A stretch of 64,000 bases of DNA from Anthoceros angustus (Eukaryota > Plantae > Anthocerotophyta), in assembly GCA_010909165.1 (NCBI GenBank), contig VJWM01000108.1, positions 868,001 to 932,000 on the forward strand. Reading direction: 5' to 3'. Within the stretch, counting starts at the first letter, position 1, and the number at the start of each line of letters is the position of its first letter. Made by a program: the position numbers and the translations under genes. This document shows, piece after piece, positions 53,440 through 64,000 of the stretch. The notes under the pieces were generated by a model. It worked only from the letters and a program-made list of their open reading frames with translations, did no database searches and was not told where the DNA came from.

Positions 53440-56400
53440 CACCCGAGATTGAGGTTGAAATTGCGGGTGTTTGGTGCCCGACGTGCCATTAGATTCGGAT
53501 CGAGTCAACTTGATGACGGAGGAGACGGCTCATCAACTCGGGTTCACCGAGTTTCACCCGCCCGAGTATTTTTACGGATGGCCGACAAGGAGAAAGCCAC
53601 TAGGGGTGTCAAGGACGTGCCCACCAATTGGGGACTCACCTTCCATCTTACCTACATTGTGATGCGCGGTTTCGGATCTAGGCTATAAGGTTTTGATAGG
53701 TAGGCCTTGGTTGTATGGTCGCGTGTGTTTTTGATTTTGGTCGAGTGGCATCACCTTCAAGTCCAAGAGACACGGACTGCGGCGATTGCTTTTGTGTCAT
53801 GGAGTAAGGCTCCTTATGAGGGGAGTCCGCAACCCACCGACGGTACACCTGTAGCACGGGGTAAGCTCCTGCAAAGGATCGAGCATATCGGGGTCCTCAA
53901 TGAGGTCAAATAAAGAGTGATTTTGGTGTATACTGCTACATAGAGGAAGTCAGAAGAATCAAGATGAGGCCCATAGAGAAGGAGTAGCCTTTTGGAAGGG
54001 CAAAGCTTATGAGCGAGACTTTCCTAAGAGGGATCCGAACCAAGATAGGCAGCATCCAAGGAACCTATGTAGATCCCTGGAGAAGACTTAGAGTTAGAAC
54101 CCAAGGTAGTCAAGATTTCTAGGTATCTAGGCGTGGAGGAAGAGTTTCGAGTGCTTAGAGTATGTCGATGTGTTTGCCTTCAAGATTACCGACATGACAG
54201 AATTCGAAGAACTGGGGATACATCGAATTGATTTGAAGGAGGGCAAGACACCGTAAGGATCAAGCAATACGTGAATCCCAAGTATTCCATGGTTGTTAAG
54301 GATCAATCGACCAATACTTGGAGGTGGGTGATTTATCCGGCTTACCGGAGTGGGTTGCTCCCATCGTAATTGTACCAAGAAGCAGGAAAGGTTCGGTGTG
54401 TAAGATTTCGTGAAACTTAATGAAGCAACGAAGAAGGACCATCACCTTGCCTTTCATGGACACAGCGAGACATGCATGGAGATGTACAGCTCGATGGGTA
54501 CTGTTACAATCAAATTTCGCTGAGGAAGGAGGATCAGATAAGACACGCTCACAACCGACACTTACGCTATTCCAAGCTCCCTTTGTGTGTAACGCCCCGC
54601 CACCTTTCAACGAGTGGTGAACGCTATATTCCGAGATTTTCCGAAGTTCATGGAGGTATTCCTAGATGATTTCGTGTTGGGAGAAGGAACCGCATCTAGA
54701 TCATTTGACAATGCCCAGAGATGCGTGAGAATCGAACATGAAACTTCATCCGTGGAAGTGTTATTTTGGTATGACAGAGGGGTATCTGGCACATCGAGCC
54801 AGAGCGAGGATTGCGGTGTAGATAAGGAGAAGGTAGCATATGAGATGGACGACCACAAACGGTGAGGCAGTGCGTGCTTTTGTAGGGCTGGTAGGATATT
54901 ACAGAGGTTCATCAAGGATTTCGCCAAGAAGGCAGCCTTGTTGACACAATTGACCAAGAAGGATACACCGCTCGAATGGACGAACGAAGGTGGAGGCGGA
55001 TGATTCTCGACGGATCCAAAGGTGACATCGTGGATCGTGGAAGAGGGGTATGAAGGAGAGATGAGTGCGGATGAAGGATTGATGGTGGCTGGTGACCACC
55101 GATCGCGGGAGAAAGGCCGAGGTACGGAAAAACGGCGGGAACAGGAGGAAAGGAAGCGGAGAAGGGTGAGGGACGACTCACCCTGGCCTCCAGAGACGCG
55201 CGGCGTCCAAGCGCGTGAGGAGAGGGGGAGCAGGCCCACCCCCAAAGTAGACACGCCCACCCGGGGCGGAAGCAGGTCAAGGAGAGGGAGGAACGAACCA
55301 CGTTTCCTCCCGACATCAGCCGAGAAGTAGCGGCGATGCTGGAAGATGAGCTAAACAGCTCACCCGATGGAAGACGAATGGTGGCGGAAATTATTGATCC
55401 GCCGGGTATGGGTCCCAACCGATAGGAGGATCATGGAATCGAAGCTTTACCAATAAGGTCGGAGTCGACCAGCTGTGGCTGCAAGCGGGAGGAAACCTTG
55501 TCGATAAAATTCCGGGCTACGACGCATTACTTGACCGCGAATTTGTGGCCTGAGATGCTTGCTTGCTGAGTCCGAGATCCCGCAAAATTGTGAAGGAGGC
55601 GATCGTGGGAATCAAGTAGGAGGGAGAAAGCGCCGGCGGAGGTAAATGTGGTCGAACTCATTGATTTTGGGGCACCCGAGATTGAGGTTGAAATTGCGGT
55701 GTTTGGTGCCCGACGTGCCATTAGATTCGGATCGAGTCAACTTGATGACGGAGGAGACGGCTCATCAACTCGGGTTCACCGAGTTTCACCCGCCCGAGTA
55801 TTTTTACGGATGGCCGACTGCATAAGGAGAAAGCCACTGGGTGCCGGGCGTGCCCACCGAATTGGGGACTCACCTTCCATCTTACCTACATTGTGATGCG
55901 GTTTCGGATCTAGGCTATAAGGTTTTGATAGGTAGGCCTTGGTTGTATGGTACGCTGTGTTTTTGATTTTGGTCGAGTGGCATCACCTTCAAGTCCAAGA
56001 GACACGGACTGCGGCGATTGCTTTTGTGTCATGGAGTAAGGCTCCTTATGAGGGGAGTCTGCAACCCACCGACGGTACACCTGTAGCACGGGGTAAGCTC
56101 CTGCAAAGGATCGAGCATATCGGGGTCCTCAAGGTCAAATAAAGAGTGATTTTGGTGTATACTGCTTACATATAGAGGAAGTCATAGAAGAATCAAGATG
56201 AGGCCCATAGAGAAGGAGTAGCCTTTTGGAAGGGCAAAGCTTATGAGCGAGACTTTCCAAGAGGGATCCGAACCAAGATAGGCAGCATCCAAGGAACCTA
56301 TGTAGATCCGACGCGGTGGAGGACTTAGAGTTAGAACCTAGCAAGGTAGTCAAGATTTCTAGGTATCTAGGCGTGGAAAGGAAGAGTTTCAGAGTCCTGC

Positions 56401-59400
56401 TTAGAGTATGTCGATGTGTTTGCCTTCAAGATTACCGACATGACAGATAGGAACCGGGGATACATCGAATTGATTTGAAGGAGGGCACACCGAAGGATCA
56501 AGCAGTCAATCCCAAGTATTCCATGGTTGTTAAGGATCAATCGACCAATACTTGGAGGTGGGTGATTTATCCGGTTCACCTGGAGTGGGTTGCTCCCATC
56601 GTAATTGTACCCAAGAAGCAACAGGAAAGGTTCGGTGTGTCGATTTCGAACTCAATGAAGCAACGAAGAAGGATCATCACCTTGCCTTTCATGGACAGCG
56701 TTAGACATGTGGCCATGAAATGTATGCTCGGATGGGTATCGACAAATTTCGCTGAGGAAGGAGGATCAGATAAGACACGCTCACAACCGATTGGGGACTT
56801 ACGCTTATTCCAAGCTCCCTTCGGGTTGTGTAACGCCCCGCCACTTTCAACGAGTGGTGAACGCGATATTCCGAGATTTTCTAAGTTCATGGAGGTATTC
56901 CTAGATGATTTCGTGTTGGGAGGAACCGCATCTAGATCATTTGACAGCAGAGATGCAGAATCGAACATGAAACTTCATCCGTGGAAGTGTTATTTTGGTA
57001 TGACGGAGGGTATCTGGCACATCGAGTTTCGAGCGAGGATTGCGTGTAGATAAGGAGAAGGTAGCATAGTCGAGATGGACGACCACAAACGGTGAGGCAA
57101 AGTGCTTTTGTAGGGCTGGTAGGATATTACAGAGGTTCATCAAGGATTTCGCCAAGAAGGCAGCCTTGTTGACACAATTGACCAAGAAGGATACACCGCT
57201 CGAATGGACAACGCGAGGCGTGAGGCTTTTCAGCTTGAAGGATGTTTGGTGAGCGCCAACTTACAACCACCGATTGGGAAAACCGTTTCATGTATACGTA
57301 GATGTGTCCGCCACGCCATTGGGACCGCCTTAAGCCGAAGACGAGAAGAAGGACCATCCGATTTTCTATGCGTAGACTCACGACCGAAAAGAACTACTCA
57401 ACCACGGAGCGGAGGGTCTTGGTATCATTTACTCGTAAGAAGTTTAGACACTATCCGCTTGCTTGCAAGGTGACGCTTCATGTTGACCATTTTGCTGAAG
57501 TATCTTGTCAACAAGCCGATTTGTCGAAGGATTGCCGTGGGTACTACCGCTGCAAGAGTTTGACTACGACGAAACCGCATCAGAAAGCAACATCGAATGA
57601 TTTCATTTCTCGTCGAAACCGGAGAGCGACTTGAGGCACGATGACCGATTTCGACGAGGAGTTGGTCGCCACGACCGGGTCAAGGAGAAGGACAGCATGT
57701 AATGAAGACGGCCTAAGAATTGATCAGCAAGTCTTGTTGCTAGAAGAGAGGCCAAGTGAGCAAGAAGGGAACGCGCAGTGAAAAGCCGCAGCAGGACAAC
57801 TGGAGATCCGAGGGGAGAGGCGGCCAGGGCGCGAGGAGGAGGCTGAAATGCTCCTCAAGGGTGAGCAGTGAGCTGCAAGTGGAGGCCACGAGTTGGCAAA
57901 GGAAGAGTTCAGAGCATGCTTAGGGAGTATGTCGATGTGTTTGCCTTCAAGATTACCGACATGACAGAATTCGAAGAACTGGGGATACATCGAATTGATT
58001 TGAAGGAGGGCAAGACACCGTAAGGATCAAGCAATGCCGAATCCCAAGTATTCCATGGTTGTTAAGGATCAATCGACCAATACTTGGAGGTGGGTGATTT
58101 ATCCGGCTTACCGGAGTGGGTTGCTCCCATCGTGAATTGTACCCAAGAAGCAACAGGAAAGGTTCGGTGTCAAGATTTCGTGAAACTTAATGAAGCAACG
58201 AAGAAGGATCATCACCTTGCCTTTCATGGACATGTAGACATGAGGCCATGAAATGTATGCTCGATGGGTACTGGTTACAATCGATTTCGAGGAAGGAGGA
58301 TCAGATAAGACACGCTCACAACCGATTGGGGAACTTACGCTTATTCCAAGCTCCCTTCGGTTGTGTAACGCCCCGCCACCTTTCAACGAGTGGTGAACGC
58401 TATATTCCGAGATTTTACAAGTTCATGGAGTATTCCTAGATGATTTCGTGTTGGGAGGAACCGCATCTAGATCATTTAAGACAATGCCCAGAGATGCAGA
58501 ATCGAACATGAAACTTCATCCGTGGAAGTGTTATTTTGGCATGATGAGGGTATCTTGGCACATCGAGTTTCAGAGCGAGGATTGCGGTGTAGATAAGGAG
58601 AAGGTAGCATAGTCGAGATGGACGACCACAAACGGTGAGGCAAAGTGCTTTTGTAGGGCTGGTAGGATATTACGTGAGGTTCATCAAGGATTTCGCCAAG
58701 AAGGCAGCCTTGTTGACACAATTGACCAAGAAGGATACACCGCTCGAATGGACAACGCGAGGTGAGGCTTTTCAGCTTGAAGGACAGCTTGGTGAGCGCG
58801 CCAACTTGCTGATTGGGAAAACCGCTTCATGTATAGATGTGTCCGCCATTGGGACCGCCTTAAGCCGAAGACGAGAAGAAACGGACCATCCGATTTTCTA
58901 TGCGAGATGACCACGACACCGAAAAGAACTACTCAACCACGGAGCGGAGGGTCTTGGTATCATTTACTCGTAAGAAGTTTAGACACTATCCGCTTGCTTG
59001 CAAGGTGACGCTTCATGTTGACCATTTTGCTGAAGTATCTTGTCAACAAGCCGATTTGAAGGATTGCCGTGGGTACTACTGCTGCAAGAGTTTGACTACG
59101 ACGTCGAAACCAGACCTGTGAAAGCAACATCAGAACGCTGATTTCATTTCTCGTCTGAAAACTGGAGAGCGACTTGAGGCAACAGATGACCGATTTCCTG
59201 ACGAGGAGTTGGTCGCCACGACCTGGGTCGAAGGAGAAGGACACGAGCATAATGAAGACGGCCTGAGAAGTGATCAGCAAGTCTTGTTGCTAGAAGAGAG
59301 GCCAAGTGAGCAAGAAGGGAACGCAGTGTGAAAAGCCGCAGCAGGACAACTGGAGATCCGAGGGGAGAGAGGCGCCAAGGGCGAGGAGGAGGCTGAAATT

Positions 59401-61190
59401 CCTCAAGGGTGAGCAACAGTACTGCAAGTGGAGGCCACGAGTTGGCAAAGGAGATGCATCCCATGACAAGCTTGAAGAAAACCGCAGGAGAAGGAAATGG
59501 CGTTCATGGGAAATCGCCCATGAGGCACCATGGGGGCACGAGGCCAAGTGAGCAAGAAGGGAACGCCAGTGTGAAAAGCAGCAGGACAACTGGAGATCCG
59601 AGGGGAGAGGCGCGGGCCGCAAGGAGGAGGAGACCAAATGCTCCTCAAGGGTGAGCAGTGAGTACTGCAAGTGGAGGCCACGAGTTGGCAACAGGAAGGA
59701 GATGCATCCCATGACAAGCTTGAAGAAAACCGCAGGAGAAGGAAATGGTGTTCATGGGAAATCGCCCATGAGGCACCATGAAGGGCCAAGCCGTGAGGCC
59801 AGCCGCGTAAGAAGGCGAAGTCGCCCATTGCCGGAAGAGGAGTATGCGATGAGTGCAAACCGGGGATGTGAACCTAGGGAGAAGCAAGGAGGCGATGGAT
59901 TTACGGATAGATCCACGCCACTTGGGGCTGCCACGACGAGGTGAGGCGACGTGGTACGCCCGGGAGGAGGAGATTGGAACGCGAGGGGCGTTCGTGTCCG
60001 AGATATTGTTGAATGGGAGGTACGCAAATTCTCGGAGCATGGAACCATGCCCGGATGGTTGTTGTGGAGGGGCGATCTTTCTCCATAAAGCCTCGCCCCC
60101 ATCGCTTGAGGGCGGTGTCCTGTACAAACAAGGTCCGACGAAAATTCGAGATGCCTCGACGCTGAAGAAGCTTCACTCGTCACGGAGGCATTACATGCGT
60201 AAGAGGTGGTGGACACTATTCGCACAGTGACCGTTAAGAAGATTTTGAATGCGGATTCGTGGGCTACGATGCAAAAGGATGTGTGGAGTTCACCGAGGTG
60301 TGACGCGGTCGAGGGTTGGACGGCCCACGTTGTACACAATGGCCTCTTACCTACATCTTACCACCGCACCTTCGAGAAGTGGGGAATCGATCAGAGGACC
60401 GATCAAACCACCAACGCAATGGACTAAGAAGCAAGACATTTTGGTGGCTACGGATTATTGTACAAAGATGGTGGAAGCGGGCGACAAGGAAGGATGACGA
60501 CCGCAGGGCCAAATTTTATTCGAGAACATCATAACGAGGTATGGATGTCCTTTAGAGTTGGTCACGATCGGGGACACATTTCCTCAACTCGGTCGCCGAG
60601 TCCCTAACCACCTACTTCAACATCCGCATCGAAGACGACTCCTACAACCCAAAGGCAAATGGATGACGGAGAAGACGAATGGGTTGCTCGCACAATCCTC
60701 ACCAAGGTAACTGGACGCACATGTATGATTGGGATGCTAAGTTGCATTCGCATTGTGGGCCTACAGGATCATGGAGAAGGTAACCACCAAGAAGACCCTT
60801 ATATTATCTAACATATGGTATGTCTCCGTGATGCCCGTGGAATTTGAAGTACCTACCTGTGATCATGGAGGATGAACGCATCAGAGAGGATAGTCGTAGC
60901 TAGGTTAGAAGCTTCATAGAGCAGAGGAGCATAGGGAGGATGCTTTAGAAGAAACACTGGATTCGTGAACTCGTAAAAGATCGGCATGATGGGAAGTTGA
61001 GGAAGCAGACTATCGTGGACGGGATTTGGTTCTTCTATATGATAGTCGGTACCTAGACTTTCCAGGAAGCTTAGCCGAGATGGATGGGACCTACGAGGTG
61101 GTCGCAGATACGAGAATGGATCTGCAACTCGCATTGGGCGGCGACCATCGCCACCGTGAGTCAATGGGTGGAAGGTCAAGAAGTACCTCC
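53440..61190 (+). pseudogene. pol: pol: aspartic protease, RT, RNase H and integrase, with internal duplications
   Basis: PR (LDS..VNLMTEE, GRPWL) at ~53440-53730 and ~55670-55960. RT (WVAPIVIVPK, PFGLCNAP, VFLDDF) at ~54140-54990, ~56380-57210 and ~57900-58760. RH (EKNYSTTER, KKFRHY) at ~57215-57640 and ~58760-59190. IN (FEKWGID, ILVATDYCTK, YNPKANG) at ~60130-61190. Confidence 0.88.
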
Positions 61191-61220
61191 ACCCGAGGTA
61201 CTGTTGTTTGCGAGGACGCA

Positions 61221-61237
61221 AAATGAGGTGGGGAGTA
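61221..61237 (+). other. Polypurine tract
   Basis: aaatgaggtggggagta lies directly before the TG that starts the 3' LTR and about 40 bp after the integrase tail. Confidence 0.75.
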
Positions 61238-64000
61238 TGTGAACGAAAAGTTTGGGCAACCAGCCCAAAAGAGCCAAGACAAACAAGTTTGATTTTTTTG
61301 GCTAGAACGATTGAAGAGGAGCATGCCAAGAAATTTTCGAGAATCTTGAAGTCGGAGTTGTAGGATATTGTTAGGAAGATGAAGAGGATATCCCAGAAGA
61401 AGAACGGGTCAAACGACCGCAGCGCGTGAGGGCACCAAAGGTTGGTAGGTCGAGATCACGCCGTAGGTCGCCACACACGCCGTAGGTCGAGAAGGAAGCG
61501 CATCATCATGTAAGCGCATCACCGTGGTAGGTCGACAATCTCGCCAAAAAGGAAATTTAGAATAGAGGGGGATATCCACTATATATGCTCACCAATAGGG
61601 AATAAATATATAGAGTAATTAGAAGCGGTTAATTAGGATAGCGTGATAGGAAAATAGGTAGTTTAGATAGAATTAGGATTTTGGAATGATGAACCAATCT
61701 AGGGTTGGCCCAGTGGCACATCCAAAGGAGGCAAAGTGCGCTTTGGGCGCGCTTCCACTTCGCGAGAGCTAGAACGAGAGCTGGAGTTGGAGCGTAAGAC
61801 GCAGAAGGAAGGAAGCGCCAGCAAGCCGAGCGAGGCGGAGCCGCGCGCCCATCGAGAAGGACCCACCCAGCGAGGGAGACCGGGAAGGAAGAAAGCGAGT
61901 ACCGAAGCAAGGAAGGGAGCACCACGCCCAACCACCGGAAGAGGAAGTGTGGAAGCGCCAAGAAGGCGGAGCACTTGGAGAGCAAGGTGAAATTGAGAGC
62001 GAAGAGCGAGAATTGGTGGCACGCCACAAGGCCACGGAGAGAAGGTTGGCGCAAGACTTCAAGCCTAACGTGTGTGCAGAGTGTGTTACCAACAAGGAAG
62101 AGTGTTCAAGGTGAAATTTGAAGCTCTCAAATTGAGAGTAATTTCCTTCCTTGGAGGGAAGGACGCCACCATGCCTCGAGTGGAAAGGCAAGGGAAGGAG
62201 CCACAAAGGCTCTCTCGCGAGGAGGAAAGGAAAAGAAGGTGGAGCCGCCAGAGGGGTGAGGTGATGCCTCAATTCACTGGTCACAGCTCAACCCCAGATT
62301 TGGTTGATTTTCGGCAGAGGAGGAGAACATCCAACTGGGATGGGTGTATGGCCGCCAATGGGCCTACACCAATTTGGAATTGATTGAGGAGTGTTACATC
62401 AACCTCCATCAATCGGAAGCGCCTGCCGCACTAAGAGAATGCTGATCCGCCGGATTCAAGTATTCGGCAGTGTATGGAAGACCGAGGAGGAGAGCTCGAA
62501 TTGCTCTCTCGAAAGGTCGAATGGAGGAAGAGGACTCTCCGACATCCCGCAGAGTTCCTCGACATGATGGATGGAGGAGTGAAAGCCCACGCCAAGAATG
62601 GCTGGAAGACCGAGAGCATCAAGGAGTCAAGTGGAGGCTCTTCGCAAAGATTGTGCTGGGGTTGGTAAATTACCAACGCACTTTATTTCAAAGACCAACT
62701 TCCTCCAATTTTTGTGGAAGATTTCCATGGGAGCCAAGCCGATTGGGGACTATCATGTATGAGGCCTACATCCACCATCGAGAGAAGCTCCTCAAGCCAA
62801 ATTCGTGGATGAGGAAGGGCCAAGGCTCGCTACCTTAGCACCTATTTGGTGCATTTATGGGAAACCGAGGACTTCTCACAAGCAAGGAGCTTGAAGATGC
62901 ATGGCATCCCTTTGAGGTCATCCACCTCCACCGAGGTTGGAAAGGCCTTTGCCTTTGCATCAGGAAGACGGTGGGAGGTCGACTCCACAAGCATGCTAGA
63001 AGCAAGAGGAGAAGATGCGAGGCAACAAGGTTGCCGGAGTGGGAATCCTTTCCCCACAGAGCAAGGAGAGAAGGTGAACCGCCGAGAAGGCCGAATGGTG
63101 GTCTATGAGAGAAGGACCACAGGAGGGGTGATGCCCCAGAGTGGGGAGTCCCCACCATCTCCTTTGTGCCTACGAGAGAGGCACCCCACGACTACCCTGT
63201 AGGGAGGCGCCACCCAAGGGGTGGGCAGCATCAGGTAGGCGCCACCACCATGGTAGGTAGGCACTACCACGGGGAGCACCACCAGTAGGCGGTGCACCCC
63301 ACGCGCCAGCACCAGCTGGAAGGGAAGGAGAAGCAGAGCGCGAGCGGCGCCGAGGCCACCATCTCCGCTACCGGGTGGGAGAGCGGATGGAGCGACAAGG
63401 AAGGGACCCGCCGATGGCCCGAAGGTGGAGAGCTGGAAATTTCAAAGAAGAAGAGAGGGGTGGAATTAGGACCCCTAGGAGAATTGCCGGGAGCTTGTGA
63501 AGCACTCACCGTGGATTTGAAGGGGCTAGGGACCTAGCAGCCTCCTTGTGGGCATGCCAAGAGGAAGTGAAATCTCAAGACATGGCCGGAAGGAAAAGGC
63601 AAGGGAAGGAGCCGCCAGCAAGGCCTCGCGAGGAGGAAAGGAAAAGAAGGTGGAGCCGCGCCAGTGAGGGGTGAGGTGATGCCTCAATTCACTTGCTTTG
63701 CAGCTCAACCCCGAGATTTGGTTGATTTTCGGGCGGAGGAGGAGAACATCCAACTAGGATGGGTGTATGGCCGCCAATGGGCCTACACCAATTTGGAATT
63801 GATTGAGGAGTGTTACATCAACCTCCATCAATCGGAAGCGCCTGCCGCACTACCGGAGAGGAATGCGAACGATCCCGCTTGGACCCAAGTATTCGGCAGT
63901 GTATGGAAGACCGGAGGAAGAGAGCTCGAATTGCTCTCGAAAGGTCGGAGGAAGAGGACAGCCTCGACATCCCGCAGGAGTTCCTTGACATGATGGATGG
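61238..64000 (+). repeat. 3' LTR (partial; truncated by the window end)
   Basis: tgtgaacgaaaagtttgggcaaccagcccaaaagag matches 43931 onward. It includes a second copy of the LTR-internal ORF (gccaccATG at 62171). Confidence 0.85.

Larger units (their letters stand above)
43931..64000 (+). mobile_element. Athila-like Ty3/gypsy LTR retrotransposon; 3' LTR runs off the window
   Basis: Order is LTR-PBS-gag-PR-RT-RH-IN-PPT-LTR. RT has the catalytic FMEVFLDDF. The integrase tail VLLYDSRY..FPG.L...GTYEV...VNGWKVKKY resembles the Athila GPY/F module. The PBS resembles the tRNA-Asp type. No chromodomain was seen. Confidence 0.88.

Overview
Repeat-rich nuclear DNA from a land plant; the PPR wording hints at a seed-free plant such as a fern, which is inference only. 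(1) 1-~430: the 3' end of a PLS-class PPR gene with an E domain, a PG box and a decayed DYW start. (2) 1371-1720: a small hairpin and 52-bp minisatellite block. (3) 1721-38099: a head-to-tail array of a ~2.9-kb unit. Each unit carries an intronless SAUR (small auxin-up RNA) gene on the minus strand, its putative promoter, and an unidentified GC-rich ~1.7-kb segment. There are 12 SAUR copies (one 3'-truncated), two 5'-half copies and one unit with the SAUR deleted. (4) 38100-43748: a 5.65-kb solo LTR, minus orientation, inserted into an array unit with an ATAGG target-site duplication. (5) 43931->64000: an Athila-like Ty3/gypsy element inserted about 180 bp further into the same unit. Its 5' LTR is ~6.7 kb and contains a long coding-like region; gag-PR-RT-RH-IN follow, and the 3' LTR starts at 61238 and runs off the window. 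The sequence is indel-rich, with errors clustered at CG/CHG sites, and has many microhomology-bounded duplications. Frameshifts and copy numbers may therefore be partly sequencing or assembly artefacts. No database searches were run; all family calls come from motifs read by eye.
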